From: a virus
Taxonomy: Duplodnaviria > Heunggongvirae > Uroviricota > Caudoviricetes
DNA: 64,000 nt
IMG/VR virus record: IMGVR_UViG_3300026549_001031
Reading direction: 5' to 3' (one strand)
Shown: one piece after another, positions 25,114-36,110 of the stretch
Position numbering within the stretch: the stretch's first letter is position 1
How the letters are laid out: each line of letters starts with the position of its first letter
The notes under the pieces: generated by a model
Database searches by the model: none
The model's input: only the letters and a program-made list of their open reading frames with translations
Told to the model about the DNA's origin: nothing
Translations under genes and position numbers: made by a program

Positions 25114-26538
25114 ATGAGTGAGGAATTAAAATTTACAGTAAAACAAATTAAAAGCATACCTGGAGAAGTTGTAGCATTGTCATCAATGTTTTATACAGAG
25201 GGTTTTGAAATATATGCAGTGGGTGGTTGTGTAAGAGACTTATACTTAAATAGAACACCACATGATTGGGATTTATGTACAAGTGCAAAACCTGAACAGA
25301 CAATGGAAGTGTTGAAGAAATTTGGAGTATCGTTTACTACAGTAGGTATTGAGTTTGGTACAGTGGAGGCTCAGTGGAATGGCAGTGAGTTTGAAATCAC
25401 AACTTTCAGAAAAGATGGTGATTACAGTGACAGCAGACATCCTGATGTAGTGGAATACAGTACAAATGTATACGACGACTTACAGAGAAGAGACTTCACC
25501 ATTAACTCAATTGCTTATGACTGTGTAAGAAATAAGTTTATAACATTGGATGGTGCAGTGAGTGACCTTAATAATAGGGTATTGCGTTGTGTAGGAGATC
25601 CTGACAAGAGGTTTAAAGAGGATCCTTTAAGAATTTTACGTGCACTCAGGTTTAAGACAGTGCTTGGATTAAGTATTAAGAGTGAGACATCTGATAAAAT
25701 GCATGAACTTAAAGATTTGTTAACTACAGTATCAAAGGAAAGAGTGACAGATGAGTTTAGAAAGATGCTTAGTACAAGAGCATCAATTAAGGAAGGTTTC
25801 ATGGAATATCATGATGTGATCTTTACTTTAATTCATGAACTACAGCAATGTTTTGAATTTGATCAGAGAAACAAGTATCATACACATGATGTTTATGAGC
25901 ATATGCTTTATGTAGCAGACTACTGCAATACTTATATTGATATGCAGTGGTGTGATAAAGAAAAGACCTTTGTAATCAGACTTGCTGGTTTATTGCATGA
26001 CATTGGTAAACCCGATTGCTTCACTATGGATGAAAATGGGCAGGGTCATTTTTATAAACATCCTGTGAGATCAGCAGAGATATGTAAGGTGATGCTTAAA
26101 AAGAATTTCAGACTTACACTGGAAGAATACAATGAAGTCATGGGATTAGTAGAATACCATGACATGGACTTAGGGGATACACCTAAGGCAGTTAAGAGGG
26201 CAATGAATAAGTTTGGGGTCGACTTTATGAAAATGTGGTGTGTCATTAAGCAGGCAGATAAGAATGATCATGTAAATGTGAATGGCATTATGCCTAATGC
26301 AGATATAATTAGAAATGAGATTGATAGCATAGTTGAGGATGGGCAGTGTTTTTCTCTTAAGGACCTTGCTATTTCAGGTGATACAGTTATGAGTTTATTA
26401 GGTATTAGACCTGGTAAGACAGTGGGATTGATATTACAAACATTATTGTCAGAAGTAATAGATGATAAGATTGAGAATGATCCTGAAGTGTTAAAGGGCA
26501 GGGCATTGGAGTTATTTGGAGAGGACATTTCAAAATGA
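25114..26538 (+). CDS. cca: CCA-adding tRNA nucleotidyltransferase with HD domain
   Basis: VGGCVRD, HDWDL, EITTFR, DLQRRDFTIN, EDPLRILRALRF, LLHDIGKP. Confidence 0.92.
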   Translation: MSEELKFTVKQIKSIPGEVVALSSMFYTEGFEIYAVGGCVRDLYLNRTPHDWDLCTSAKPEQTMEVLKKFGVSFTTVGIEFGTVEAQWNGSEFEITTFRKDGDYSDSRHPDVVEYSTNVYDDLQRRDFTINSIAYDCVRNKFITLDGAVSDLNNRVLRCVGDPDKRFKEDPLRILRALRFKTVLGLSIKSETSDKMHELKDLLTTVSKERVTDEFRKMLSTRASIKEGFMEYHDVIFTLIHELQQCFEFDQRNKYHTHDVYEHMLYVADYCNTYIDMQWCDKEKTFVIRLAGLLHDIGKPDCFTMDENGQGHFYKHPVRSAEICKVMLKKNFRLTLEEYNEVMGLVEYHDMDLGDTPKAVKRAMNKFGVDFMKMWCVIKQADKNDHVNVNGIMPNADIIRNEIDSIVEDGQCFSLKDLAISGDTVMSLLGIRPGKTVGLILQTLLSEVIDDKIENDPEVLKGRALELFGEDISK

Positions 26539-27701
26539 GTTTAGGAATACTTGAGGAAGATCAGACACTAACTTATTATAGTGTATTTCATATGAGAGTA
26601 AGTGATATACATGACAATGTAGGCTACTTACTTGCTGGGGATTCACTAAATATAAGGCTTGAGGGCATTGAGAATATAAGAGATACACTTAATAAAGAAA
26701 GGTTTATCTTATGTGCATATGAGGAGACTGATGGAAATATCAGGTATGCATCTGGAGATGTAAAAACAGCAGTAGTGTTTGGATATCTGATAGACATTGG
26801 TGTTAAGTGTGAGAACATATTGGTAAGTTACACTACATTTTCAGGTAAACCTGCTGGTATAGTATTCGATATTGATGGCAGACCACGATTGGGTCATGGA
26901 GAGGTCAAGTTTAATGACATTGTAACAGATATGATGCTTAGACAGACATTAACAACATATTCATTAAAAAAGATGGGCGTTCTTAATAATTTTCAAAATA
27001 AACAGAAAATGATGGATATAATAGATTTATGTACTGAAGAAGTTTATAGTCTTAACAAAGACATAGTAATGCATGAGTTAATTAGATTAAGGCATAACAT
27101 TGAGACAAGTAAGACACCATCATATAAAGTTGAGGCTATTGATAAATCAATAAGACTTTTGAGAAATTCAACCTACACAAGGGAAGGCTTATCACTACTG
27201 CATAACAACATTTGTATGTTGCTAACACGTATGAAATCAGGTAGAGCAGAGGATGCAGGGTTAGCAGACATACTCGAAAAGATTCATAGGGCAACACTAA
27301 TGAGTCTTGGTACATTTGTAGTGTGGAGAGTGTCTAAGAAACGAGATGAAGAAAGATTGAATATGTCAGCTAATTTGAGTGCAATTACAGGGTTTAGAGG
27401 TAATAAAGCAACCTATAAAAAGGCATTTGACATATCAAAATTGTATGAAGTCAACGGGTTTAATGAGATAATCATTCATGGCAAGTTTATTTGTAATGAG
27501 TTAAATCATAGAACATTGCTGGAATTACAGCGGACATTACTAGATAATGAGTTGCACCTAATATCTGTAGTAAGAGACACACCAATGTATGGTGATACCG
27601 ATTATATGATTATATTTACACAGAATAAGGATGCAATCAGCATAATTAACAAAACATTTGCAGGGATATATGAAATTTCAGACATAAGGAGTAACTTATG
27701 A
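26535..27701 (+). CDS. hypothetical protein (paralog family 1/3)
   Basis: Long ORF; weak similarity to the next two. Confidence 0.7.
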   Translation: MSLGILEEDQTLTYYSVFHMRVSDIHDNVGYLLAGDSLNIRLEGIENIRDTLNKERFILCAYEETDGNIRYASGDVKTAVVFGYLIDIGVKCENILVSYTTFSGKPAGIVFDIDGRPRLGHGEVKFNDIVTDMMLRQTLTTYSLKKMGVLNNFQNKQKMMDIIDLCTEEVYSLNKDIVMHELIRLRHNIETSKTPSYKVEAIDKSIRLLRNSTYTREGLSLLHNNICMLLTRMKSGRAEDAGLADILEKIHRATLMSLGTFVVWRVSKKRDEERLNMSANLSAITGFRGNKATYKKAFDISKLYEVNGFNEIIIHGKFICNELNHRTLLELQRTLLDNELHLISVVRDTPMYGDTDYMIIFTQNKDAISIINKTFAGIYEISDIRSNL

Positions 27702-28807
27702 TACTTGATGAAAAGGATTTGAGTACCACAATTATAAGTAAACCTGGGTTAAGCGTAGCTAGCATAAGCTTTCAAAGGGATAACTTTGAAATTGATGGAT
27801 ATGACATGTATTCTAAAAAGAGGGTAGACATTGATGGTTTAGTTGATATCATACAGAATGGAACATGTGTACTTGTTAGGGTGGATGCAATACTTTCTAA
27901 TTTTGATATGTTTAACTTCTGGTTAAAGATAACTGACCTGTTATTAAAAAAGGGTGTGGCAGCAGAGAAAATCATGATCTGTAGTGCTTTGCATATTTTA
28001 AATAAGAATACTCCTGAAAGAATATACAGTGACATGTTAATTGATAGGCTAATACTTACTGATTATTTTGAAACAGATAGTATTGAGATTAGACTATACA
28101 CATTAGGAGTATTAACATATATAAAATGGTGTGGGGCATGGTCATTAGATTATGCACATGTTATGAATTTGGAGTTACTCAAACACTATGTGTTTGCTAA
28201 TTCAGATTGCTTGTTACATCAGGTAAATACATTATATGATGATGCAGTTGAACATAGTAAACAAAATGGATTTTTTGATACTGAAGTAAACACATTTAGA
28301 ATGTTGAAGTCAGTATTCAAGTGTGGGGGTTGTACAGAGGATATAATCAATTTCAACTCTAATATCATATCAGCATTAAAGGTATTGGCATTGAATATTA
28401 ATTCATCAGTAGAGAGTACAGTAGATGATTACACTAGTGATGTAGCATACACAATGTTTAGATTGCTATGTAACATTGATTCAATAGAAAGAGCAATTCC
28501 TACAATGAAAATGTTTCCTAGCATGTTGAGCACTGGTAAGAAAGTGTTAATGCCTATATTAAATTTTAATACACGATTTATGTATTCAGATATACCTTAT
28601 TGTAAAAAGGTAGTTGCAGTAAGGAATATGGACATATTTAAGAACTATAACGCTGGAGAATATAATTTTGATCATCTTGTAAAAGAGTTATATGCAATGT
28701 ATAATAAGGGGTGCTATGTGAAAGAATTGTCTTGGACATCTTCAAGTTTCATAACATTGGATAAAGAGTGTAACATAGACAGATCAATTAGTCTGGCATT
28801 TGTGTGA
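27698..28807 (+). CDS. hypothetical protein (paralog family 2/3)
   Basis: Long ORF, ATGA overlap with upstream stop. Confidence 0.7.
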   Translation: MILDEKDLSTTIISKPGLSVASISFQRDNFEIDGYDMYSKKRVDIDGLVDIIQNGTCVLVRVDAILSNFDMFNFWLKITDLLLKKGVAAEKIMICSALHILNKNTPERIYSDMLIDRLILTDYFETDSIEIRLYTLGVLTYIKWCGAWSLDYAHVMNLELLKHYVFANSDCLLHQVNTLYDDAVEHSKQNGFFDTEVNTFRMLKSVFKCGGCTEDIINFNSNIISALKVLALNINSSVESTVDDYTSDVAYTMFRLLCNIDSIERAIPTMKMFPSMLSTGKKVLMPILNFNTRFMYSDIPYCKKVVAVRNMDIFKNYNAGEYNFDHLVKELYAMYNKGCYVKELSWTSSSFITLDKECNIDRSISLAFV

Positions 28808-28826
28808 GATATAGTGCTTAGGAAGT

Positions 28827-29948
28827 TTGGTAATAAGAAGTATGAGTAAGGATAATATGCATTTACATGTAGACAATTTAATTATTAGGAGAGGCAATAC
28901 AAGATTAACAAATCATATATTTACAATTAATTACACTAATAGAACTTATGGTGTCAATATAAATGGGGATGATGCAGTGTATATTACACCTGATATAGAA
29001 GAATGTACATTGAATGACTTGATATATACATGCAAGAGAGTAAGAAGTTACAAAAAATGCATGATATTGAGCAGTGTTTACATGGAGGCACAACCTGATG
29101 ATTATGACTTGTTTGTGCTGCTAGCATATGAATTAATAAAGAGTGGCATTGATATAGATGACGTAGTCATGTTTGACTCATATCATTTAAGAAACTTCAA
29201 GACATCAGATGGTATTGTCAAAGACAGTGTAGATCAATATGAACTCTTAGAAGCAAAGTTCTATACACTTATTGTGTTTAGTACAGCTAGGTTATGGGGA
29301 GGTAACGTTAAGGAAAAAGCAATTAGAACACTAGTTGAAATTGCTAATCATTATATTTACTCTAATGCAGACGTAATAATGAGTGAGATAGACAGGGAAA
29401 GAAAACTGAATCTACCATTGTTCATGGAGAAAACAAAAAAGGATAATGAGGGATTAGCAGAGATAATAAAAGGAGAGGCATTGATAGATGATCCTGATAT
29501 GTTAAATTTAGCAGCTACAATTCTAAAACAAGCATGTGGGTCTAACAAAAGTAAAAGAGAAAAGATTGGAGATAAATACATCACTAATGCATATATACAG
29601 ATATTAAATGCTTATAGAGCATTATTAGACACAAGTGTCATGAGAATACTATGTGACTTTACAAATGATAAACTCTACAATATCATTACAGATAGTACAT
29701 TCAATGCAATGTTTATGGGTATTAGAGGTTGCATATGTTTATTGGATAGAGATGCAATAAACAGAAATGAGATATACAGTAGATTATATAGGTTGTACAG
29801 TAGGCATGTTTATGTTGGACAGTTAGAATTAGGGGTAGCTTATGTAGTAACAAATGATGATACAGTAGATATTGTGATGGAGGCACTCAGAGAGTTTGGG
29901 ATAGGCAATGTGAGTGAGGAAAAATATAAAATGCCATTATTATTTTAA
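28827..29948 (+). CDS. hypothetical protein (paralog family 3/3)
   Basis: Long ORF; start uncertain. Confidence 0.7.
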   Translation: MVIRSMSKDNMHLHVDNLIIRRGNTRLTNHIFTINYTNRTYGVNINGDDAVYITPDIEECTLNDLIYTCKRVRSYKKCMILSSVYMEAQPDDYDLFVLLAYELIKSGIDIDDVVMFDSYHLRNFKTSDGIVKDSVDQYELLEAKFYTLIVFSTARLWGGNVKEKAIRTLVEIANHYIYSNADVIMSEIDRERKLNLPLFMEKTKKDNEGLAEIIKGEALIDDPDMLNLAATILKQACGSNKSKREKIGDKYITNAYIQILNAYRALLDTSVMRILCDFTNDKLYNIITDSTFNAMFMGIRGCICLLDRDAINRNEIYSRLYRLYSRHVYVGQLELGVAYVVTNDDTVDIVMEALREFGIGNVSEEKYKMPLLF

Positions 29949-29968
29949 AGTAGGACAGGAGGACAATT

Positions 29969-31660
29969 ATGTTAGAGATTAAAGGAAAGAATAATACTTG
30001 TAAGGTTTTTACTGATGTCATTGATAGTGCAACAGTTGGGCAGTTGACTAGTTTAATGAATACAGAGGCAGTTAAGGGTAGTACAGTAAGAATTATGAGT
30101 GACTGTCATGCTGGAGCAGGTTCTGTCATTGGAACAACTATGACATTACATGATAAGGTAATACCTAACCTGGTTGGGGTGGACATTGGTTGTTTTACAG
30201 GAGATACAAAGGTGTTTACAGCTAGTGGCTCATGGGCAAAGATTAAAGACCTTGTGGATAAGGGAGTATTCACAGTAGATTCCTATGATACAGAGACTAG
30301 AAGTTTTGTGACAAGTAAAGCAGTAGCAAAGAAAACAAGAGAAAATGCACAGCTTGTTAAGGTAGTGTATCATACAGTATCAAGTATCAATGAGAAGCAG
30401 TTTGAAGTTTACTGTACACCTGATCATAAGTTCTTGACCAGGGGGAATAATGGTGATGAGCATTGGGTTGAGGCAAGTCACTTAAGCTTGGGTATTGAGT
30501 TGGTATCAGAAGATTACAGAGTCATTGTTGATGATGTATGTAGTACAGATAGAGTAGAGGATGTGTACTGTTTAACAGTAGAGGATACACATAGTTTTCT
30601 TATTGAGGGCAGTGTAGTAGTTCACAATTGCGGAATGTTAGCAATTAAATTAAAGGAAAAGCGTATTGATTTTACTAAATTGGACAGTGTTATTAGAAAA
30701 TATGTACCTAGTGGAAAAGAGAGCAACAGTGAGTCTAAAGAGGACAGAACAAGTTTAGATGTTAGGGCATTAAGGTGTTTTGGTAAGACAGGGGCAGCAA
30801 TTAGAGAGGAACTTGCATATAGAAGTGTAGGTACACTGGGAGGTGGGAATCACTTCATTGAGATAGACAAGGATGCTCAGGGTTGTTTATGGTTGGTCAT
30901 TCATACTGGAAGCAGACAGCTTGGAATTGGAGTTTGCAAATATTATCAGGATTTAGCTTACATTAAGTTAAAAGATAAGTTCAATGGTGGCTCAAAGAAA
31001 GACAAGATGAATGAGATAATTGGCAGACTGAAGTCAGAGGGTAGACAGCAGGAGATTAGCAAGGAACTTGATAAGTTTAATAAAACATATAATGAAAAAC
31101 ATCCTCCTATTTCTCATGAGCTAGCATATGTAGAAGGCAGTGATTTTGATGATTACATTCATGATATGAAAATGGTGCAGGATCATGCATGTTGCAACAG
31201 GGCTGAAATTGCTAGAATCATACTTAAGAAAGCAAAGTTGCATGAGGTTGACAGGTTCGAGACAATCCATAACTATATTGATACAGAGAATATGATATTA
31301 AGAAAAGGAGCGATTAGTGCACAAGCAGGTGAAAGAGTGCTAATACCATTAAATATGAGAGATGGATCATTGATTTGTTTAGGTAAGGGCAATCCTGATT
31401 GGAACTACAGCGCACCTCATGGAGCAGGTCGTTTAATGAGCAGGGCACAGGCTAAAGAGAAAATTGCAGTGAAGGATTTTCAGAAAAGCATGGATGGAAT
31501 TTTCACTACTTGTGTAGGTAGAGGTACAATTGATGAAAGTCCGATGGCATATAAGCCAATGGAGAGTATCATTGAAAATATTGGAGATACAGTAGAAATT
31601 GTAGAGAGGATTTTACCTGTATACAATTTCAAGGCTGGCAGTGAGGATGAGGAGGAATAA
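29969..31660 (+). CDS. rtcB: RtcB RNA ligase containing a mini-intein
   Basis: SDCHAG, VGVDIG|C, GTLGGGNHFIE, HTGSR, HNY, RKGA, SAPHGAGR, DESPMAYK. Confidence 0.95.
   Translation: MLEIKGKNNTCKVFTDVIDSATVGQLTSLMNTEAVKGSTVRIMSDCHAGAGSVIGTTMTLHDKVIPNLVGVDIGCFTGDTKVFTASGSWAKIKDLVDKGVFTVDSYDTETRSFVTSKAVAKKTRENAQLVKVVYHTVSSINEKQFEVYCTPDHKFLTRGNNGDEHWVEASHLSLGIELVSEDYRVIVDDVCSTDRVEDVYCLTVEDTHSFLIEGSVVVHNCGMLAIKLKEKRIDFTKLDSVIRKYVPSGKESNSESKEDRTSLDVRALRCFGKTGAAIREELAYRSVGTLGGGNHFIEIDKDAQGCLWLVIHTGSRQLGIGVCKYYQDLAYIKLKDKFNGGSKKDKMNEIIGRLKSEGRQQEISKELDKFNKTYNEKHPPISHELAYVEGSDFDDYIHDMKMVQDHACCNRAEIARIILKKAKLHEVDRFETIHNYIDTENMILRKGAISAQAGERVLIPLNMRDGSLICLGKGNPDWNYSAPHGAGRLMSRAQAKEKIAVKDFQKSMDGIFTTCVGRGTIDESPMAYKPMESIIENIGDTVEIVERILPVYNFKAGSEDEEE
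30191..30628 (+). mobile_element. mini-intein (146 aa, no homing endonuclease)
   Basis: CFTGDT start, TPDHKF block B, VYCLTV block F, VVVHN|C end. Confidence 0.92.
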
Positions 31661-31661
31661 C

Positions 31662-31982
31662 ATGTCTAATTGGTGTAAAAACATGACAAAACCCAAGGCT
31701 GAGCAGCTCAGCCTTGGCAGACAATTTTGCAATTGGGCATATGATAATTGTTGGAAAATCATAGAGATTGTAGTGTGGACAGCTGTAAGTATTGGACTAT
31801 TGGTTTATGGAACATACTCGTCAACAGAAGCAAGAGATCAGTTAGTAAAATTTATGTGCTTGCTTGGGTTTATAACAGCACAGCCTATAGAAAGAGATGG
31901 GAATGGATATTATAAGTATAACAAAAATTATGCTAGATACATACCTTATATATTAGCTATTCTTACAATAAAGTGTTTGTAG
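31662..31982 (+). CDS. small membrane protein
   Basis: GAGGAGG RBS; hydrophobic segments. Confidence 0.6.
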   Translation: MSNWCKNMTKPKAEQLSLGRQFCNWAYDNCWKIIEIVVWTAVSIGLLVYGTYSSTEARDQLVKFMCLLGFITAQPIERDGNGYYKYNKNYARYIPYILAILTIKCL

Positions 31983-32004
31983 AAGTACAGAAAGGAAGTA
32001 ACAA

Positions 32005-33426
32005 ATGACAGGGACAGTAATTGGAATTACATCTGAAACAAAAGGAATAAGCAGTGAGCAATTTGATGAGTTAAAGAGGTTTAGTGGTAAAAATGCAGGG
32101 ATATGTTACATGAACACTAGTTATTTTGACAGTGCAGTGACAGATCCTGATAAGGCAGATAAGAGGTTTAGAGGTACAATTAAGAGTGGACATCACAGCA
32201 TTTCTGATCATGCTAAAGTAGAGGTTTTATTTGAGGGAATCAGTAAAATGCTGGCTATGGCACTTAATAGTTTACAGTACTATGCAACTTCTGAAAAGAG
32301 TGGGCGTTATAGTAAGATGACTGGAGACACAGATAAAGAAAGAGAGTTATATAACAAGTGGTTTGGTATTTTTGAAAAAAGGGCATTGGAAATTGAACCT
32401 TACATAAATGATGCTGAACTTACAAGGAAGATAGTTAAGAAACTTGGTGCAAAAGGAGCAGGCGTAAGAGTTTGTGATGGACAACTTCAGATTAAAGACA
32501 TTGATAGCAGGTCTGAAAGTGAATTAGCAATGATTAAGGAACTGCTTAACACAGCTAAAAAGAGTGAGACAGTTACGAGTAAAAAGATTGCACAGGAAAA
32601 TGCAAGAATGGTCCTAAGTATATTCAGTCACAGCACTACAATGGGGTACAGCACAAGTTTAAGGCAGTGGAATTACATATATGATTGGTGTGAAAAGATC
32701 ATTGGCTTTTATGATAGACTTCAGAAAGCAAATTGTGAGGTTGGAAATTTCTTTGATATGCTTGTAGCTGATATCAAGTGGCTTAGGGATTTTATTGGAG
32801 AGACATTATATGTTGAAAATCTGAGGGACACTAAAGACGGATGCATTGACTTTTTAGGTTTATACTCTGGGTACAAGAATGGAAATGCAATGCATCCTGC
32901 TAGATACTTTACAGATAAAGATGAGATACTTGATTATAATTACAGTACAGCATATGACTGTTCATTGGTTATACTTGGTCAGCTCGAGAGACATAGGACA
33001 ATAAAGTATCAGATCATTTCAGATGTTGAGGATGACCTTAATAATAACAGATTCTACATACCTAAAATGATCAGAGGTACAGAGTATGAAAAAGAGTGGC
33101 TTTCAGATTTAGAGAGTGTAAAAGATGTGGTACCTCAGGCAACAAAAGTTCGCGTGTTGGAAACAGGGTTACTGCCTCACTTTGCAGCTAAAGCACAGGA
33201 GAGATTGTGTGGTAGGGCACAGCTGGAGGCTATGGAGTGCACTAAAGAATTAGCAGAGAAATTCATAGATAAGTGCGAACATGGTGAAATGAGTGAGATG
33301 GGCAAGCAATATGTTTATGAGTTCATGGGGTATAATGCACAATGTCTTACTAAATGTGAGATGCAGGGAAAATGTTTAGAGGGATGCAGGTATGGTGCAG
33401 AGGATGCATTGCATAGAAGCTTATAA
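32005..33426 (+). CDS. thyX: ThyX-like flavin-dependent thymidylate synthase (tandem-domain type)
   Basis: SGHHSISDH, SEKSGRY, AQENARMVL, QLERHRT, ERLCGRAQLE. Confidence 0.75.
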   Translation: MTGTVIGITSETKGISSEQFDELKRFSGKNAGICYMNTSYFDSAVTDPDKADKRFRGTIKSGHHSISDHAKVEVLFEGISKMLAMALNSLQYYATSEKSGRYSKMTGDTDKERELYNKWFGIFEKRALEIEPYINDAELTRKIVKKLGAKGAGVRVCDGQLQIKDIDSRSESELAMIKELLNTAKKSETVTSKKIAQENARMVLSIFSHSTTMGYSTSLRQWNYIYDWCEKIIGFYDRLQKANCEVGNFFDMLVADIKWLRDFIGETLYVENLRDTKDGCIDFLGLYSGYKNGNAMHPARYFTDKDEILDYNYSTAYDCSLVILGQLERHRTIKYQIISDVEDDLNNNRFYIPKMIRGTEYEKEWLSDLESVKDVVPQATKVRVLETGLLPHFAAKAQERLCGRAQLEAMECTKELAEKFIDKCEHGEMSEMGKQYVYEFMGYNAQCLTKCEMQGKCLEGCRYGAEDALHRSL

Positions 33427-33513
33427 CAGTGGTAATAAATAAGACATGAAGTAAAAAGCAATACATATAAGAAATCAGCTATAGACATAGGGTTAAATAA
33501 ACTTGGTTTATAG

Positions 33514-33542
33514 TTGATTTTTTCAATTTTATCTGATATAAT
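33514..33542 (+). promoter_or_regulatory. conserved promoter class
   Basis: TTGATTTTTTCAATTTTATCTGATATAAT. Confidence 0.7.
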
Positions 33543-33591
33543 AAATATATGAGTTGAGAAACAATAATACTTAAGATTGAGAGGAAAAGAC

Positions 33592-34068
33592 ATGGAAAAA
33601 GTAGAAACTACAGTTGTAAATGAAAAAGAGCCAAAGGTTGTCGAGGATCAGACAGGGGCTAAAGAGATGGTTACAGTCTATTTTGGTAGAAACAGACGTG
33701 ATGTTTGGAAAGCATCTCTTGATAGATCAAAGGTATGCAAGATGGCTGACTTTGATTCCGTAGAGGTAGAAAAAGATCAGCTTCATAACAACAAGATGTA
33801 CATGGTTACAGTTTATAGCGGCTGTGATTACAGTGATTGTGGCATTGTTAATGTCAGTGGGCATACATCACTGTATGCATCTGTAAACAAGGCTAAACAT
33901 AGTGATATGTGGAAAGAGGCAATGGCAGAGTACAAGAAGGCTCCTAAGAATTTTCATAAGACAGATATCTCAATTGCATCTGATGATGAGGGTAAGCCAT
34001 TTACTTTTGGAGATGCAATGCAGGGTATGTTTTCAATGAAGATCATTGGTGTTAGAGTATCAGAGTAA
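33592..34068 (+). CDS. hypothetical protein
   Basis: GAGG RBS. Confidence 0.7.
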   Translation: MEKVETTVVNEKEPKVVEDQTGAKEMVTVYFGRNRRDVWKASLDRSKVCKMADFDSVEVEKDQLHNNKMYMVTVYSGCDYSDCGIVNVSGHTSLYASVNKAKHSDMWKEAMAEYKKAPKNFHKTDISIASDDEGKPFTFGDAMQGMFSMKIIGVRVSE

Positions 34069-34079
34069 GGAGGCTGAAC

Positions 34080-35525
34080 ATGAATAAGTATTGTTTAATC
34101 TGTCAGAAAGATATTACAGACAAGGAGATCAAGAAGCCTGGTGACATTGTAATGGTGTCATCAATGGGATTGGGGAATGCACCAGCAAATTTGGTAATGC
34201 CTTGTCATACTAAATGTTTAAGTGAAATGACTGACATTGATTTCAATGAAGAGTACAGAAATTATATGAAAGCAGTCGTGTCAGGAAAGGCTGGTCATCA
34301 GGATCCTGTAGGCTACGAGCATATCACATGCGAAGTAGAGGTCAAGAGTGAGCGTGGAGAGAACTTTGGTACAGTGAGATTACCTGTAGTAGACGTTTCA
34401 GGTTTATTGGAGATGCAAGAGGTAGAGGAGACTGCAGCATCAGAAAATACAGATGATACAGAGGGAAAAATCAACTGGGCAGAAAAAATTCATCTGCTCA
34501 AGCCTATTGAAATGAAGAGAGAACTTGACAAATATGTGATCGGGCAGGATGATGCTAAAAAGGTAATCTGTACAGCAGTTTACAATCATCTGTTACCATT
34601 AGTAAAAACAGGCAGTCATATGGATATTCAGAAGAGTAATGTTTTACTGATTGGACCTAGTGGTTGTGGCAAGACAGAAATTGCTAGGACAATGGCAAAA
34701 ATTTTGGATGTACCTTTCTGTATTTGTGACGCAACTTCAGTAACAGAAGCAGGTTACGTTGGTGATGATGTTGAGAACATGTTGTTAAGACTGTATCATG
34801 CAGCTGATTGTGATCTCAAACTTGCTGAACATGGTATTGTTTACATCGACGAGATTGATAAAATCGCTCGTAAGGGAGAGAATCCATCACTTACAAGAGA
34901 TGTGTCAGGTGAGGGAGTACAGCAGGCATTGTTGAAAATGTTGGAAGGATCTAAAGTTGATGTACCTTTGACAGGTGGAAGAAAGCACCCTCAGTCAGGA
35001 AATAGAGTGACCATTGATACAACTAACATCTTGTTTATTTGTGGTGGTGCATTTGAAACAATCACTGGTGATAACAAAAAGACACAGACAATTGGCTTTG
35101 GAGACACTCAGGAAGAGGAGACAAATCTGTTTAAGGATGATGTTGCATTAGTAAAGGAACTTACTAAAGCAGGTATGTTAAAAGAGATCATTGGTAGATT
35201 ACCTCTGCGTGTAAAAATGGAGGGAATGACATTGGATATTCTCAAGAGAATCCTTGTGGAGCCAGTGAACAGCCTTATCAAGCAGAAACAAAAGACAATG
35301 GGGTTATATGATGTAGACCTTGAGTTTGAGGATTGTGCCATTGAACTTATTGCTAAAAAGGCATTAGATACTGGTTTAGGTGCACGAGCACTGGAGTCAG
35401 TCATTCAGAGATTCATGGAGGACATTTTGTTTAATGCTCCTTCAGAGGAAAATCTTGTGGGCATTACAGTTACAGTTGAGAACAATGAACTTAAGGCAGT
35501 TGAGCATATGAAAAAAGCAGCTTAA
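34080..35525 (+). CDS. clpX: ATP-dependent Clp protease ATP-binding subunit ClpX
   Basis: [55 protein letters not shown] loop. Confidence 0.95.
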   Translation: MNKYCLICQKDITDKEIKKPGDIVMVSSMGLGNAPANLVMPCHTKCLSEMTDIDFNEEYRNYMKAVVSGKAGHQDPVGYEHITCEVEVKSERGENFGTVRLPVVDVSGLLEMQEVEETAASENTDDTEGKINWAEKIHLLKPIEMKRELDKYVIGQDDAKKVICTAVYNHLLPLVKTGSHMDIQKSNVLLIGPSGCGKTEIARTMAKILDVPFCICDATSVTEAGYVGDDVENMLLRLYHAADCDLKLAEHGIVYIDEIDKIARKGENPSLTRDVSGEGVQQALLKMLEGSKVDVPLTGGRKHPQSGNRVTIDTTNILFICGGAFETITGDNKKTQTIGFGDTQEEETNLFKDDVALVKELTKAGMLKEIIGRLPLRVKMEGMTLDILKRILVEPVNSLIKQKQKTMGLYDVDLEFEDCAIELIAKKALDTGLGARALESVIQRFMEDILFNAPSEENLVGITVTVENNELKAVEHMKKAA

Positions 35526-35552
35526 GGCATATAAAAATAGGAGGTACATAGG

Positions 35553-35726
35553 ATGTCTCATATGGGATCTGGAAATAACTTAATGCAACCTTCAGGTCAG
35601 TGCTTTGGTTGCAAATATTGGGTGCAGGCTCATAGAGATATGTTCATGGGTGTTTCAGGGCACTGCACTTTAAGTTATTGTAAGAAAAACAGTATACATA
35701 ATAGAAAGAGGGGTAAGCATAAATGA
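35553..35726 (+). CDS. small Cys-rich protein (57 aa)
   Basis: GGAGG RBS; QCFGCKYW...GHCTLSYC; stop overlaps next ATG; below the ORF track cutoff. Confidence 0.5.
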   Translation: MSHMGSGNNLMQPSGQCFGCKYWVQAHRDMFMGVSGHCTLSYCKKNSIHNRKRGKHK

Positions 35727-36082
35727 GAGTAAGAGTTACAGACGAATTAGTAGTAGAAGTTAAAAGGACACACATTGGTGTTGTGTCAGTGCTTGGTGCA
35801 GAGGTAGTTGATCTTCTGGCAAAGAAGTTGGGCTTAACAGATGTGTCAGAACAGCGTGATCTGTTTAATAAGGGTAACATCTTAACATTCAGGTCCTTGG
35901 ATGATGAGATTGCAGAGGTTGTAATTGTTGATGCATCAAAAGATGAGTTAATCAGACTTATCGAAACAATTACAGAGCAGGATTACCTTGATTGCAGACA
36001 GTTAACAGAGCAGCATAAGTGTGCAGTGATCACTGAAAAAGAGTTAAGTAAGGCACTTGCAATTAATGCAAGCATTAAATAA
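35723..36082 (+). CDS. hypothetical protein
   Basis: ORF between clpX and clpP. Confidence 0.65.
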   Translation: MRVRVTDELVVEVKRTHIGVVSVLGAEVVDLLAKKLGLTDVSEQRDLFNKGNILTFRSLDDEIAEVVIVDASKDELIRLIETITEQDYLDCRQLTEQHKCAVITEKELSKALAINASIK

Positions 36083-36110
36083 AAGGAAAGTAAAAAGGGA
36101 GGAAATTAAA

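Noticed and set aside
25841-25849. Fifth TACAGCAAT occurrence
   Set aside because: Inside the cca coding sequence (LQQC) with no convincing closing helix; probably chance
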